From an uncultured Pseudomonadota bacterium (GTDB lineage: Bacteria > Pseudomonadota > Gammaproteobacteria > Ga0077536): a stretch of DNA of 64,000 nucleotides. Positions 10,888 to 21,846 of the stretch are shown here, one piece after another (positions within the stretch are counted from its first letter, which is position 1; each line of letters opens with the position of its first letter). Below the pieces are notes generated by a model. It was given only the letters and a program-made list of their open reading frames with translations. It searched no databases and was not told the DNA's origin. Made by a program: the position numbers and the translations under genes. The DNA lies in the NCBI GenBank assembly GCA_902597385.1, contig CACJXQ010000003.1, positions 49,441 through 113,440 of the forward strand, read 5' to 3'.

Positions 10888-12300
10888 ATGAGTGAATATG
10901 ACCTAGTAGTAATAGGTGGAGGGCCAGGCGGATATGTGGCTGCGATCAAGGCTGCACAGATGGGTCTAAAAACCGCGTGCATCGATAAACAAACAGCCGC
11001 TGACGGCTCACCTGTGCTAGGCGGAACATGCCTAAACGTCGGTTGTATTCCTTCTAAAGCTCTATTGGACAGCTCTCACCAATATGAGTTTTTTAATAAA
11101 GAAGGAAAGAAGCATGGCTTGGTTGGGAGCTTAAAAATTGACATAAGCCAGATGCAAAAAAGAAAAGAAACTGTTGTGAAAAATCTCACCCAAGGTATCT
11201 CTGGACTCCTTAAAAAAAACAATGTTGAATGGCTGCCTGGCTTTGGCAGTCTAAAGTCTAAAAACGTTGTTCAATGCAAGTCTGAAAAAGGTCTAATCAA
11301 AAGTTTAAATACAAAAAATATCTTGCTGGCTTCCGGTTCTTTACCTTCCAGAATCCAGTCTTTGCCTATAGACAATGAATACATATTTGACTCCAGCGGG
11401 GCTCTTGAATTTAAATCTGCGCCAAAAGAACTTTGCATAATCGGAGCCGGCGTAATCGGCCTGGAATTGGGAAGTGTGTGGAGAAGACTTGGTTCTAAGG
11501 TTACAGTGTTAGAAGCTCAAACCTCTTTTCTCGATACAGCAGACAAAGATGTTTCTGCAGAAGCTTTAAAATTATTCAAAAAACAAGGGCTAAAAATTGA
11601 GCTAGGTACTCTAGTCGCTGAAGCCAAAATAGCAAAAGAAAAAGTTACTATCTCTTATAAAAAAGGCTCAGAAAGACTCGAGTCTTCATTCGACAAAGTA
11701 GTCGTCGCTGTAGGGAGGTCACCATATACAGAGGGTCTCAATCTGGATGAAGCCGGGGTCAAATCAGACGACAAAGGATTTATCTTGGTTAACGAATTTA
11801 ATGAGACTTCGACCAAAGGAATCTTCGCGATTGGGGACTGTACCCTCGGTCCAATGTTAGCTCACAAAGCAAGTGAAGAGGGGATTTTAGTTGCCGAACA
11901 TATGGCTGGTGCCAAAGCGCCTGTAGAAATCACCCATGTTCCTTGGATAATTTATACGTGGCCTGAAATGGCTTGGGTAGGCCCCTCTGAACAGTTTTTA
12001 AGAAATACTAAAAAGGAAATCAACGTTGGAAAATTTCCTTTTAGGGCCAGCGGAAGAAGCCACGCGAGAGGAGAAACTGAGGGTTTCGTAAAAGTTATAG
12101 CAGAGAAGAACAATGACCAGATACTTGCAGTCCATATTTTAGGTGCAAATGCTTCAGAACTAATTTCTGAGGCTGTAACTGCTATGGAATTTGGCGCAAC
12201 TTCCGAAGATGTTGCTCGGATCATTCACGGTCATCCAACCCTGTCAGAGAGCATACATGAAGCGGCTTTAGCCACTCTTGGGAATGCAATTCACTATTAA
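10888..12300 (+). CDS. lpdA: Dihydrolipoyl dehydrogenase E3
   Basis: GGGPGGY, GGTCLNVGCIPSKAL, HPTLSE. Confidence 0.96.
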   Translation: MSEYDLVVIGGGPGGYVAAIKAAQMGLKTACIDKQTAADGSPVLGGTCLNVGCIPSKALLDSSHQYEFFNKEGKKHGLVGSLKIDISQMQKRKETVVKNLTQGISGLLKKNNVEWLPGFGSLKSKNVVQCKSEKGLIKSLNTKNILLASGSLPSRIQSLPIDNEYIFDSSGALEFKSAPKELCIIGAGVIGLELGSVWRRLGSKVTVLEAQTSFLDTADKDVSAEALKLFKKQGLKIELGTLVAEAKIAKEKVTISYKKGSERLESSFDKVVVAVGRSPYTEGLNLDEAGVKSDDKGFILVNEFNETSTKGIFAIGDCTLGPMLAHKASEEGILVAEHMAGAKAPVEITHVPWIIYTWPEMAWVGPSEQFLRNTKKEINVGKFPFRASGRSHARGETEGFVKVIAEKNNDQILAVHILGANASELISEAVTAMEFGATSEDVARIIHGHPTLSESIHEAALATLGNAIHY

Positions 12301-12428
12301 AAACAAATTCTTAAATTACCTTTATTAAAGAAATGGCAAGATTTTGTGCGATAAAATAAAATAACATGCTTGCATGTCCTTGCCGCTACCCTTAGATTAG
12401 GGTTCTGAATGAGGGAGTTTCTAGCGCT

Positions 12429-12911
12429 ATGGATACAGAAAGTCGGGTCATCAAAAAATATCCAAATCGGCGGTTGTACGACACCACTGAGAGTAAGTAT
12501 GTAACCCTTAACGATCTCAAAGAGCTCGTTGTAGAGCAGATAACTTTCACTGTGGTAGATAAGAAAACAGGTGATGACATTACTCGAAACGTACTACTTC
12601 AAATCATCATCGAGCAGGAAGAGGACAATGGTGAACCACTTTTCTCAGCCGAAGTCCTGCAGAAATTGATAGGAATTTACGGAAATCCAAACCAAAGTTC
12701 AGCCGGGGACTTTTTGAGTAAAAGCGTCCAACTTTTCTGTGAACAGCAAAAATTATTTCAAAACCAAGTCGAAGAAGCCCTCTCGACAAACCCAATGTCG
12801 TCTATGGTCACTCAAATGACCAAACGCAACATGGAACTTTGGAAGGAAATGCAAGAATCTTTTTTGGGCTCCGAGGTAAGCACCTCCAAAAAAGAAGATA
12901 ACTCTTCTTAG
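12429..12911 (+). CDS. phaR: Polyhydroxyalkanoate synthesis repressor
   Basis: IKKYPNRRLYDT...YVTL, DITRNVLLQIIIEQE. Confidence 0.93.
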   Translation: MDTESRVIKKYPNRRLYDTTESKYVTLNDLKELVVEQITFTVVDKKTGDDITRNVLLQIIIEQEEDNGEPLFSAEVLQKLIGIYGNPNQSSAGDFLSKSVQLFCEQQKLFQNQVEEALSTNPMSSMVTQMTKRNMELWKEMQESFLGSEVSTSKKEDNSS

Positions 12912-12948
12912 ACCGCAGAGACTCGGGCTACTAAGTAAGCGAGTAGAC

Positions 12949-14700
12949 CTAAACGCTCCCAAGCGTGTTCTTGATCAATTCAGCACGGTCGTTCAATGCA
13001 ACAGGTAGCCGGTCACCAAAAATCGAAAAATATTCCTTAATATCTTCAATCTCTTTCTTCCATGATTTTTTATCAACAGCTAATAAGGACTCAGTAGCAC
13101 CTGGCTGAAGATTCAATCCATCCAAGTTCAACTCCTCGGATTTTGGAAGATATCCAATCGCAGATTCCGTTCCTTCTGCTTTTCCATCGGACTTGGCTAA
13201 AATCCATTCTAATACCCTAATATTCTCTCCAAAGCCGGGCCACAAAAACTTACCATCCGCCCCCTTCCGAAACCAGTTTACATGAAAAATAGGTGGCAGA
13301 TTATCCGACCGAGAGGCAAAACTGAGCCAGTGTGCCCAGTAATCACCAAAATTGTAACCACAAAAAGGCTTCATCGCCATCGGATCCCTTCGAACCTTCC
13401 CTACTTGTCCAGCTGCCGCTGCTGTTGTCTCAGAGGCCATCGAGGCTCCAGCGAAGACGCCATGCTCCCAGTCATAGGTCTGAAAGACAAGTGGAGTCAC
13501 GTTAGAACGTCTTCCTCCGAACACTATAGCGGATATTGGCACCCCACTTGGAGAGTTACCTTCTTTCGAAAAACTCGGGCATTGCGAGGCAGGAACCGTA
13601 AAACGAGCATTAGGATGCGCAGCAAGGTCCCCCGAGGTTGGATCAAATTTATTGCCCTTCCAATCAACTAAAGTATTAGGCCGAGTTAAATCGTGCCCCT
13701 CCCACCAAGGCTCTTGCTCAGACGTCAGGGCAACGTTCGTATAAATTGTGTTTTTCCCGAGGGTATTCATACAATTCGGGTTTGTAGCGGAGCTTGTACC
13801 TGGAACAACACCGAAGAAACCTGCTTCCGGATTTATTGCTCTAAGCTGGCCAGAGTCATCTAAATGCAACCAAGCAATATCATCGCCTACAGTCCAAATT
13901 TTCCAATCCTCGAACCCTTTTGGTGGAACGAGCATTGCCAAGTTAGTTTTACCGCAAGCAGAAGGAAACGCCGCAGCAATATATTTAGTCTCTCCCTGTG
14001 GCGGTTGGATACCCAAGATCAACATGTGTTCGGCTAACCATCCCTCTTGCTTAGCCGTCTCACTAGCTAGTCGTAAAGCGTGGCATTTTTTTCCAAGCAA
14101 AGCGTTGCCACCGTACCCAGAGCCAAAACTCTTTATAGTTTGCTCTTCTGGGAAATGCATTATAAACCTTCTAGAAGGATCTAGTTCGCCAATAGAGTGA
14201 AGGCCTTTGACGAAGCTAGAACTACTATTAATTTTGGCAAGTGCAGCGTCTCCAATTTTTGACATTATTCCCATGTTAAGCACGACATAAGGGCTGTCAG
14301 TAATCTCAACCCCTGCTCGAGCGTAGGGGGAACCAACAGGCCCCATTAAATAAGGGATCACATACATTGTTCTCCCCTTCATACTCCTCTCAAAAAGAGT
14401 ATCGATCTTGGCATGCGCTTCAACTGGATTCATCCAGTTATTATTTGGGCCAGCATCATCCTCCAATCTACTACAAATGAATGTAAGCTGTTCCACTCTT
14501 GCCACGTCATTAGGGTCTGATCTGTGTAAAAAACAATTTGGATGAGTTTTCTCATTTAGTTCCAACAGATCGCCGGTTTTTAACATTTCCGCTATCAAGA
14601 CCTTTCTTTCTTCTTCGCTACCATCACACCAATATATTTTTTCTGGCGCCACCAATTTGGCTACTTCAGTTACCCAACTTTCTAAATCTTTTTTACTCAT
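12949..14700 (-). CDS. pckG: GTP-dependent phosphoenolpyruvate carboxykinase
   Basis: GSGYGGNALLGKKC, FPSACGKTNLAM, VGDDIAW, NPEAGFFGV, HPNARF. Confidence 0.95.
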   Translation of the reverse strand: MSKKDLESWVTEVAKLVAPEKIYWCDGSEEERKVLIAEMLKTGDLLELNEKTHPNCFLHRSDPNDVARVEQLTFICSRLEDDAGPNNNWMNPVEAHAKIDTLFERSMKGRTMYVIPYLMGPVGSPYARAGVEITDSPYVVLNMGIMSKIGDAALAKINSSSSFVKGLHSIGELDPSRRFIMHFPEEQTIKSFGSGYGGNALLGKKCHALRLASETAKQEGWLAEHMLILGIQPPQGETKYIAAAFPSACGKTNLAMLVPPKGFEDWKIWTVGDDIAWLHLDDSGQLRAINPEAGFFGVVPGTSSATNPNCMNTLGKNTIYTNVALTSEQEPWWEGHDLTRPNTLVDWKGNKFDPTSGDLAAHPNARFTVPASQCPSFSKEGNSPSGVPISAIVFGGRRSNVTPLVFQTYDWEHGVFAGASMASETTAAAAGQVGKVRRDPMAMKPFCGYNFGDYWAHWLSFASRSDNLPPIFHVNWFRKGADGKFLWPGFGENIRVLEWILAKSDGKAEGTESAIGYLPKSEELNLDGLNLQPGATESLLAVDKKSWKKEIEDIKEYFSIFGDRLPVALNDRAELIKNTLGSV

Positions 14701-14910
14701 AAAAACGTCTATAGGCCTCCTATTAAGCCTCTAATACTTTGTCAAAAAATGTGATAAATAGTTCCGAATATAGAAGAAAAACGACTTTTCGATATTTTCG
14801 AGGGATTCGGAAAAATCTAAGTAAGTCGCAATTATAAGGCTTGTTTCAATTATGTCTAAAAAAAAATAAGAGATCGGAAAAAAAACCTTGAAATAAACGT
14901 CTGAAATAGT

Positions 14911-14941
14911 TATGCTGCATTGCAATATACTGCATCGCACA
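14911..14941 (+). promoter_or_regulatory. Putative PhaR operator upstream of the phasin
   Basis: tatgCTGCATTGCAatataCTGCATCGCAca: two tandem TGC-N3-GCA boxes just before the AAGGAG RBS; PhaR is known to bind TGC-rich sites at phasin promoters. Confidence 0.6.
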
Positions 14942-14955
14942 AAAGGAGAACTGTC

Positions 14956-15366
14956 GTGGAAAATACTTTACACAAAGAATGGTCGACCATAACTCAGGAC
15001 GCCTTCAAGGCCTCGAAAGAATTGGAAGATATCAACACAAAGGCCTTGGATAAGGTCACCGAGAACCAGATAAACCTCTCTAACGCTTTCTTAGAAGCGA
15101 ACACCAAATTTTTTGAAAACTTGTCGGCAAGCAAGAAGTATCCTGATTTATTAGCTAATCATAACGAACTTTTAACTACGTATTCTGAAGTTTTTTCAAA
15201 AGCTACGACTAGCGCCGGGGATTTAGTAGCAGCTGTCAAGAATGATTATGAAGATTGGATAAAAAGAGGAATTGAAAAATCTACAAGCAATGAGTTGTTC
15301 CGTAATTTTATGCCTGCTAAAGAAACAACCGCCAAGAAGAATGGATATAAAAAGGATACGAAATAA
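14956..15366 (+). CDS. phaP: Phasin (PHA granule-associated protein)
   Basis: Helical low-complexity protein of phasin size with Lys/Ala-rich tail, within the pha cluster; GTG start after AAGGAG preferred over ORF-track start 14920. Confidence 0.7.
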   Translation: MENTLHKEWSTITQDAFKASKELEDINTKALDKVTENQINLSNAFLEANTKFFENLSASKKYPDLLANHNELLTTYSEVFSKATTSAGDLVAAVKNDYEDWIKRGIEKSTSNELFRNFMPAKETTAKKNGYKKDTK

Positions 15367-15392
15367 TAAATAATTATTTATTTTGCTTTTGG

Positions 15393-15437
15393 AGTCCCTG
15401 TCTTTGCTTCTAGCTTCTTCAAAGAAAGGCAGGGACT
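15393..15437. terminator. Inverted repeat between convergent phasin and phaC
   Basis: agtccctgtcttt ... aaaggcagggact. Confidence 0.6.
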
Positions 15438-15453
15438 AAGGGGATTTCGATTA

Positions 15454-16485
15454 CTAATGTTGAGCATCAAGCCAAGTAGCTATCACTCCCCCAGTAGAGC
15501 GACCAGCGGATTTGCCAACATAAAGGCCCACGTGGCCACAATCCATTTCGATCTCACTGTAATCAGGATGGGTTATAAGCCGTGCGAGCGCCTTTGACGA
15601 TTCGATAGGGACGATGTGATCATTACTTGCGAAGATATTTAAGATCGGGGCTCTAATATCACTTGGTTCCACATGCAAGCCATTCAAAAATAGAGTCTTC
15701 TCCACTAAGGCGTTCTTTTGATAAAAAGTGGAGACAAATTCCATTAAAGCACTAGAACTAATGGCTGGGGAGTCAAAAATCCATTTCTCCATCTTTAAAA
15801 AATTTTGTACATAGGCAAGATCATGTCCATTTTCGATGAGATCAAAATATTTCTTTTGCAAAAGCTTATAAGGCTTAAGAAACAAAAAGAAAAAATTCAG
15901 CATTCTCCCATCGATTGTTTTGGGGAATTTTTCGAAAACTTTAAGATCTACATGCCTAATAAGGGCACTTAGTCTATCCTTTTCACTGTGAAAATCAATT
16001 GGGGTTGCCGTTGTTATCAAAGAGGAGATCTTTTCTGGAAATAGGCTCGCATAACAGACTGCAAAGGTTCCCCCTTGGCATAATCCGATAACATCTATTG
16101 CCTCTTTCGGAGAGACACCCCGAATATAGTCCACAGCGCTACCAAGGTAATCTATAATGTAGGTTGATAATTCAACTTCCGCATCGTTATCTCCAGGGTC
16201 ACCCCAGTCTATAAGGTAGACAGGAAAACCAAAATCACAAAGCTCCTTTATTAAAGATCTTTCGGACGATAGATCTGCGATTTCAGGTCGATTAACCAAT
16301 GAGTAGACTAGCAGTATAGGACGATTATTTTTGGTTGCACCAGTACTTTCGTACTTGTACAAAACCATCTCATCCTTTTGAAATTCCACTGTTCTGCGAC
16401 TTAACCCAATTTTGATTGGCCCCGACCTATCAATATTTTTTAGTAGGGCTTTTAATTTGGAGTGAGAGTTTCTGGACTCTTTCAT
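15454..16485 (-). CDS. phaC: Class III PHA synthase catalytic subunit
   Basis: 343 aa, LLVYSLVNRP, YLIDWG, lipase box GLCQGG, MEKWIFDSP, DHIVP, GHVGLYV. Confidence 0.9.
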   Translation of the reverse strand: MKESRNSHSKLKALLKNIDRSGPIKIGLSRRTVEFQKDEMVLYKYESTGATKNNRPILLVYSLVNRPEIADLSSERSLIKELCDFGFPVYLIDWGDPGDNDAEVELSTYIIDYLGSAVDYIRGVSPKEAIDVIGLCQGGTFAVCYASLFPEKISSLITTATPIDFHSEKDRLSALIRHVDLKVFEKFPKTIDGRMLNFFFLFLKPYKLLQKKYFDLIENGHDLAYVQNFLKMEKWIFDSPAISSSALMEFVSTFYQKNALVEKTLFLNGLHVEPSDIRAPILNIFASNDHIVPIESSKALARLITHPDYSEIEMDCGHVGLYVGKSAGRSTGGVIATWLDAQH

Positions 16486-16551
16486 AAATATTAACGAATA
16501 AAGGGATTAAATTTCATGGTTTTTAGAGACAATTAAATATACTTTTAAAGG

Positions 16552-17073
16552 TTACATCTCTTTTGATAGATGAGAAATGCAAGAATTAGACAGCTTTCCG
16601 AAATCTTTCGAGAATTCCGCCGTTAAAATCCACTCAGTATGAGCATCATCAGCACACTCTATCCATTTTGCAAATACCTCTTTAGTGTCCAAACTATCAC
16701 AATGCATGGTTTTCATTCGAAGGTTCTCTAAGGCAATAGAAATTGTATTTAGTGAGCCAGCGAGGAGACGTAGATAGGCTGCCACTAGGGGATCGCTAGA
16801 TGAATCCGTTTCGCCTAATTTTTTATCTTCAAGATTCAGAGTCTCCCCAAGAGTTTTTAGCAGAGAGTAGGAGGGAAACATCAATTCCGCAAAACCATTT
16901 TTCTCGATAATGTCAAACCACTTTCTTTCAAAGACTCTTGTATCTTTATTAGTCCGTTCTTGATCTTCCTTAAAAAGGATTTTCAATACATTAGCTAATT
17001 CCTGCCACTGCTCGACAAGTAAGTCACCTACATATTTTTCTAGCTGATCTTTATGCTTCCTACTTACGGTCAT
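16552..17073 (-). CDS. phaE: Short PhaE-like subunit of class III PHA synthase
   Basis: Directly upstream of phaC; C-terminal KWIECADDAHTEWILTAEFSKDFGKLSN resembles the PhaE conserved helix. Confidence 0.6.
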   Translation of the reverse strand: MTVSRKHKDQLEKYVGDLLVEQWQELANVLKILFKEDQERTNKDTRVFERKWFDIIEKNGFAELMFPSYSLLKTLGETLNLEDKKLGETDSSSDPLVAAYLRLLAGSLNTISIALENLRMKTMHCDSLDTKEVFAKWIECADDAHTEWILTAEFSKDFGKLSNSCISHLSKEM

Positions 17074-17103
17074 TGTCTTCGGAGAAACGCAGTTCTAGAG
17101 TCT

Positions 17104-19044
17104 TTATAGTGATTGCAGGTAACTTTTTTTAAGCTCTTCAACAACCGACGGATCTGCTAGGGTAGTAGTATCTCCCAGATTCTCCAACTCATTTGCAGCG
17201 ATTTTCCTTAAGATTCTCCTCATGATTTTTCCTGACCTTGTTTTAGGTAATCCTGGCGCCCACTGTATCTTGTCGGGGTTAGCAATAGGTCCTATCTCCT
17301 TTCTGACTAAATCAACCAACTCTTTCCGTAGATTTTCTGACGGTTGAATCCCATTCATTAAGGTCACGTATGCATATATTCCTTGGCCTTTTATATCATG
17401 AGGGTAACCTACCACTGCCGCTTCTGAAACGTTTTCATGCAGGACTAGCGCGCTCTCTACCTCTGCAGTTCCCAACCTATGGCCAGATACATTAATCACG
17501 TCATCCACTCTGCCAGTAATCCAGTAATAACCATCACCATCTCGACGGGCTCCATCACCAGTAAAGTAGTATCCTGGATAGGTGCTGAAATAAGTCTCTT
17601 TAAAACGTTTGTGATCACCAAAAACAGTACGCATTTGACCAGGCCAAGATTTCTTGATCACCAGAGAACCCTCACCCTGGCCCTCTATTTCTTGGCCATC
17701 TCCATCCAACAAGGCTAGAACGACACCGAAAAATGGGAGAGTAGCGGATCCCGGTTTTAATGCTCTAGCGCCAGGAAGTGGAGTTATCATGATTCCACCC
17801 GTTTCAGTTTGCCACCAAGTATCGACAATCGGGCACCGTTCTTCACCAACAACTCTATAATACCACTCCCATGCTTCCGGATTTATAGGCTCCCCTACCG
17901 TACCTAGAACTCTCAAGCTACTTCTGCTGGATGATGTGACGAATTCATCTCCTTGTCCCATCAAAGCTCTCAGGGCCGTAGGCGCAGTGTAAAATATATT
18001 TACCTGGTGTTTATCAACGACTTCCCACATTCGGCTGGCCGTTGGATAATTTGGAAGTCCTTCGAACATAAGCGTCGTAGCCCCATTTGCCAACGGGCCA
18101 TAGACAATATAAGAGTGTCCAGTAACCCATCCCACATCAGCAGTACACCAATAAATCTCTCCTGGTTGGTAATCAAATACGTAGTGATGGCTCATTGCCG
18201 CATGAAGCAAATAACCTCCTGTTGTGTGTAACACCCCCTTGGGCTTCCCAGTGGAACCAGAGGTATAAAGAATGAATAACGGATCTTCTGCCGAACACTC
18301 CTCCGCTGGACAATCCAACTCGGCCGCCACGATACATTCATGGTACCAAACATCCCTCCCTTTGACCCAATCAATCTTTCCGCCCGTTCGCTCTAAAACG
18401 AAAACAGTGTTAACGTCGGGACAGTTTTTCAGAGCATCGTCTGCGTTCTGCTTAAGGGGTATTTTTTTCCCACCTCTTACTCCTTCATCCGCAGTAATCA
18501 AGGCAGTACATTTCGAGTCCAAAATTCTGTCTTTCAATGCATCGGGGGAAAATCCTCCAAACACTATAGAATGAACCGCACCAATTCTGGCACATGCCAG
18601 CATAGCCACCGCGGCCTCGGGCACCATTGGCATGTATATGGACACCCTATCACCTTTTTTAACACCTCTTGATTTCATCGCATTGGCAAAACGACAAACT
18701 TCCTCATGTAACTCTCGATAGGTTATTTTTCGGTCCTCAGAGGGATCGTCTCCCTCCCACAAAATAGCAATTTGATTCTCTTTTTCAGGCAAATGTCGAT
18801 CTATACAATTTGAGGAAGCGTTCAATTTTGCTCCATCAAACCACGAAATTTCTGCGCTGTTAAAATCAAAAGAAGAAACTGTTTCCCAAGGTTTACTCCA
18901 AGTAATGAATTTCCTCGCGTACTCCGCCCAAAACACGTCAGGATTATTTACCGAAGATTCATACATTTCTCTATATTTACGGTCACTCACATGCGAGTTA
19001 GAGAACCTGTTTTGGTCAACCGGATAAACCTTTTCATCTTTCAT
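17104..19044 (-). CDS. acs: Acetyl-CoA synthetase
   Basis: [44 protein letters not shown]. Confidence 0.97.
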   Translation of the reverse strand: MKDEKVYPVDQNRFSNSHVSDRKYREMYESSVNNPDVFWAEYARKFITWSKPWETVSSFDFNSAEISWFDGAKLNASSNCIDRHLPEKENQIAILWEGDDPSEDRKITYRELHEEVCRFANAMKSRGVKKGDRVSIYMPMVPEAAVAMLACARIGAVHSIVFGGFSPDALKDRILDSKCTALITADEGVRGGKKIPLKQNADDALKNCPDVNTVFVLERTGGKIDWVKGRDVWYHECIVAAELDCPAEECSAEDPLFILYTSGSTGKPKGVLHTTGGYLLHAAMSHHYVFDYQPGEIYWCTADVGWVTGHSYIVYGPLANGATTLMFEGLPNYPTASRMWEVVDKHQVNIFYTAPTALRALMGQGDEFVTSSSRSSLRVLGTVGEPINPEAWEWYYRVVGEERCPIVDTWWQTETGGIMITPLPGARALKPGSATLPFFGVVLALLDGDGQEIEGQGEGSLVIKKSWPGQMRTVFGDHKRFKETYFSTYPGYYFTGDGARRDGDGYYWITGRVDDVINVSGHRLGTAEVESALVLHENVSEAAVVGYPHDIKGQGIYAYVTLMNGIQPSENLRKELVDLVRKEIGPIANPDKIQWAPGLPKTRSGKIMRRILRKIAANELENLGDTTTLADPSVVEELKKSYLQSL

Positions 19045-19236
19045 GCAATGTTCCCTTCTTAATTTATTGGTTTGAAGTTTCCCCGTTATAATCTATCCAT
19101 AAATGCCTGCATAGTCGAAACAAAGAAAAAATAATCAAAATGTTCTACACTCATTCTCAGATATCTGAAATTTTCCTACAATATATCATGAACCTAATTT
19201 TTCTATAGAATCAGTTTCTCAAAGTGGCAAAATAAA

Positions 19237-20247
19237 ATGAACAGTGAATTTGGCGAATACAAAAAAGAGCTACAATTTGCTCTGGAATCAGTCCGATTAG
19301 CAAGCAAAGCAACTTCTAAAATTCAAAAATCCCTAAAAAAGGGGGATATAGAAAAGAAAACAGATTCTAGCCCCGTCACTATCGCAGACTATGCAGCCCA
19401 AGCCATAGTCAATAAGCACCTTTTTCAATCTTTAGGTGACGATCAAAAAATGGTGGCCGAAGAGGACTCAAGTAACCTGAAAAAATCGACTAACTCAGAG
19501 CTACTTGGTGAAATTGTCCGCAAAGTAAAGGAGGTCATAAATGTTTCTGACTCATCTGAGATATTAGATCTCATTGACAAAGGGAACCATGATGCTTCTT
19601 CAGACAGATATTGGACTCTGGATCCTATTGATGGAACAAAAGGATTTATTAGAGGAGAACAATATGCCATCTCTTTAGCGCTAATTGAAAATGGGGAAGT
19701 CATTTTAGGTGTATTGGGTTGCCCTAATTTATCTTCTAACCATATGAAACCTTTCGGATCTGGAGACGACGAGGGTACTATTTATTTTTCGGTAAAAGGG
19801 AAAGGATCTTGGTCAGGCCCAACACATGGCCTTATTAAAAAAGATAGGTTAAGGATTAGTGATAAAATCACAGCCGATGAATGCCGCGCTTGCGAGTCAG
19901 TAGAATCCTCCCACTCGAGATTCAGCTATAGCAGCCGTATTTTCGATAAATTGGATATATCTTTACCACCCTTGAGATTAGATTCACAATGCAAATATGC
20001 AGTAGTCGCAAGGGGACAAGCTGAAATCTACTTAAGGATTCCCACCGACTATCATTACGAAGAAAAGATTTGGGACCACGCAGCTGGTTCTATAATCGCG
20101 CAAGAAGCAGGAGCCACGGTAACGGATATCAAAGGGGAACAACTAGATTTCAGAATGGGGAAAACTCTGAAGAAAAACCAAGGCATTGCTTGTACTATAC
20201 CTCCTATTCATAACAAATTGCTTGAGGCTATAGGCAGCACCTTATGA
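19237..20247 (+). CDS. 3'(2'),5'-bisphosphate nucleotidase, HAL2/MET22-like subfamily
   Basis: SPVTIADY, EED, WTLDPIDGTKGF, LGCPNL, LDSQCKY, EKIWDHAAG. Confidence 0.88.
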   Translation: MNSEFGEYKKELQFALESVRLASKATSKIQKSLKKGDIEKKTDSSPVTIADYAAQAIVNKHLFQSLGDDQKMVAEEDSSNLKKSTNSELLGEIVRKVKEVINVSDSSEILDLIDKGNHDASSDRYWTLDPIDGTKGFIRGEQYAISLALIENGEVILGVLGCPNLSSNHMKPFGSGDDEGTIYFSVKGKGSWSGPTHGLIKKDRLRISDKITADECRACESVESSHSRFSYSSRIFDKLDISLPPLRLDSQCKYAVVARGQAEIYLRIPTDYHYEEKIWDHAAGSIIAQEAGATVTDIKGEQLDFRMGKTLKKNQGIACTIPPIHNKLLEAIGSTL

Positions 20248-20349
20248 AAACCAAGAAAAGCTATTCATGGGCTATGAGAAACTCTCTAGCCGCGGTATAG
20301 TGAGGTTCATTTCTATGTTTATAAAAAATTAAAAAGGGGGATTTAAATA

Positions 20350-20763
20350 ATGAGCATTACGGCAACCGCCTTAATCGGTTTAGTTATATGGACAATTGTC
20401 CTTGCCTTCGTGGTGATAGGAAAAAGACTATCGTCGGTTATCGGCGGAGAAAAAGATATACATACCTTTCAACCGGATGGAAAAGACGTAGGAGATTTTG
20501 GACTCAGAGCCACACGTGCTCACCTCAACTCGCTAGAAGTTCTTCCACTAGCTGCAGGCATTATGCTACTTGCAATCGCTACCGATAATACTGCTATCAC
20601 AGATGGTCTGGCTATGGCTTTTCTTTACTGCCGGGTAATTCAATCGGTGATTCATCTAATCTCTGTATCTAAAATGATGGTACTTTTAAGAGCTACCTTT
20701 TTTAGTGTGCAATTTGTGTTCTTAATTATTTGGGCTCTGGCCTTGTGTAACGTCACCGGCTAA
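20350..20763 (+). CDS. MAPEG family membrane protein
   Basis: Several hydrophobic helices, RAHLNSLE, RVIQSVIH. Confidence 0.8.
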   Translation: MSITATALIGLVIWTIVLAFVVIGKRLSSVIGGEKDIHTFQPDGKDVGDFGLRATRAHLNSLEVLPLAAGIMLLAIATDNTAITDGLAMAFLYCRVIQSVIHLISVSKMMVLLRATFFSVQFVFLIIWALALCNVTG

Positions 20764-20772
20764 GTCTTCCGG

Positions 20773-20808
20773 AATCACTAAGAGGCTAGTATGAGCCTCT
20801 TAGTGATT
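20773..20808. terminator. Perfect 15-bp stem hairpin after MAPEG gene
   Basis: aatcactaagaggct-agtatg-agcctcttagtgatt. Confidence 0.75.
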
Positions 20809-20906
20809 ACTTAAAAAGTAATCTTGTATATTGGCTTTTTAAGAAAATCTCGTCTTTGGTTACGAAAAGCGGTGACCAAAAGGTATATTAACGAGGAAAA
20901 ACTCTA

Positions 20907-21833
20907 ATGGCTTTTACCGCTGACTTCGAGAAATTTAAATTCGAAACCGACACTTTCGTAGGAAAAAGGGTCCTGATTACTGGTTCTGGCAAAGATGGAG
21001 GTATCGGACAAGCACTCGCCTTAGCTGCAGCGGCCAATGGTGCAAGAGCCGTAGGAATCCATTTTCATAGTAGTTATAGAGACGGATTCGATATGGTCTC
21101 TGCTATGCGGGAGAAAGGATTAAATATATTCGCCATGCAGGCAGATGTGACAAACACAAGGGACCTATGGGCCTCAAGAAGTTTTGTAAAAGAGCAGCTA
21201 GAGGGACAAGGACCAGACATTTTAATCTGTAATTCTGGACTTACAGAAGGAGGATATAGGTTTGGGAAAGCGCTACCCATAATTGATGAGGAATCTCGCC
21301 GAGAGCGAAGGGCAAGAGTCCGAAGAGATTTTATAGAAAGACTTGAAGAGTCAAAGCTAGTGATGGAAACAAAAATTGATGGCTTCATGTACATGACGCA
21401 TCTTTGGGCTGGAGAAGCTGTATATCACAAACAACCACTGCATTTAATTTATATAAGTTCTATGCAGGCTATCGAACCAGGTCGTGCAGTACCAGGCTAC
21501 GCTCTAGCCAATTGGGCTGTTCTTAAGCTACCCGAAATATTGAAAATTAATTTAGGTAAAGACAGCAATATGGTCGCGTCATCCTGCTTGATGTTACCCT
21601 TTATAAGAACAGGGATGACCGAAGAATATGCGGGAAATGAAAAAGTGTACGGACGTTGGCAGGCTAGAATGTTGGAGCCTTATGAGGCAGCCCAATCAAT
21701 TACCAATCTGCTTGGAAGAAAAAGAGACGAACTGGACCTAGGTAATTTTAGGTTAGAGGTCGATGGAAACGCAGATAACCTTAATCTTTCATGGTCGAAA
21801 GTAGACCTTATTGTGTCTGAAACGAAGATTTAG
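20907..21833 (+). CDS. Atypical short-chain dehydrogenase/reductase
   Basis: VLITGSGKDGGIG, ADVT, LICNSG, ISS, YALAN, PFIRTGM. Confidence 0.75.
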   Translation: MAFTADFEKFKFETDTFVGKRVLITGSGKDGGIGQALALAAAANGARAVGIHFHSSYRDGFDMVSAMREKGLNIFAMQADVTNTRDLWASRSFVKEQLEGQGPDILICNSGLTEGGYRFGKALPIIDEESRRERRARVRRDFIERLEESKLVMETKIDGFMYMTHLWAGEAVYHKQPLHLIYISSMQAIEPGRAVPGYALANWAVLKLPEILKINLGKDSNMVASSCLMLPFIRTGMTEEYAGNEKVYGRWQARMLEPYEAAQSITNLLGRKRDELDLGNFRLEVDGNADNLNLSWSKVDLIVSETKI

Positions 21834-21846
21834 CTGAGAATACAAA

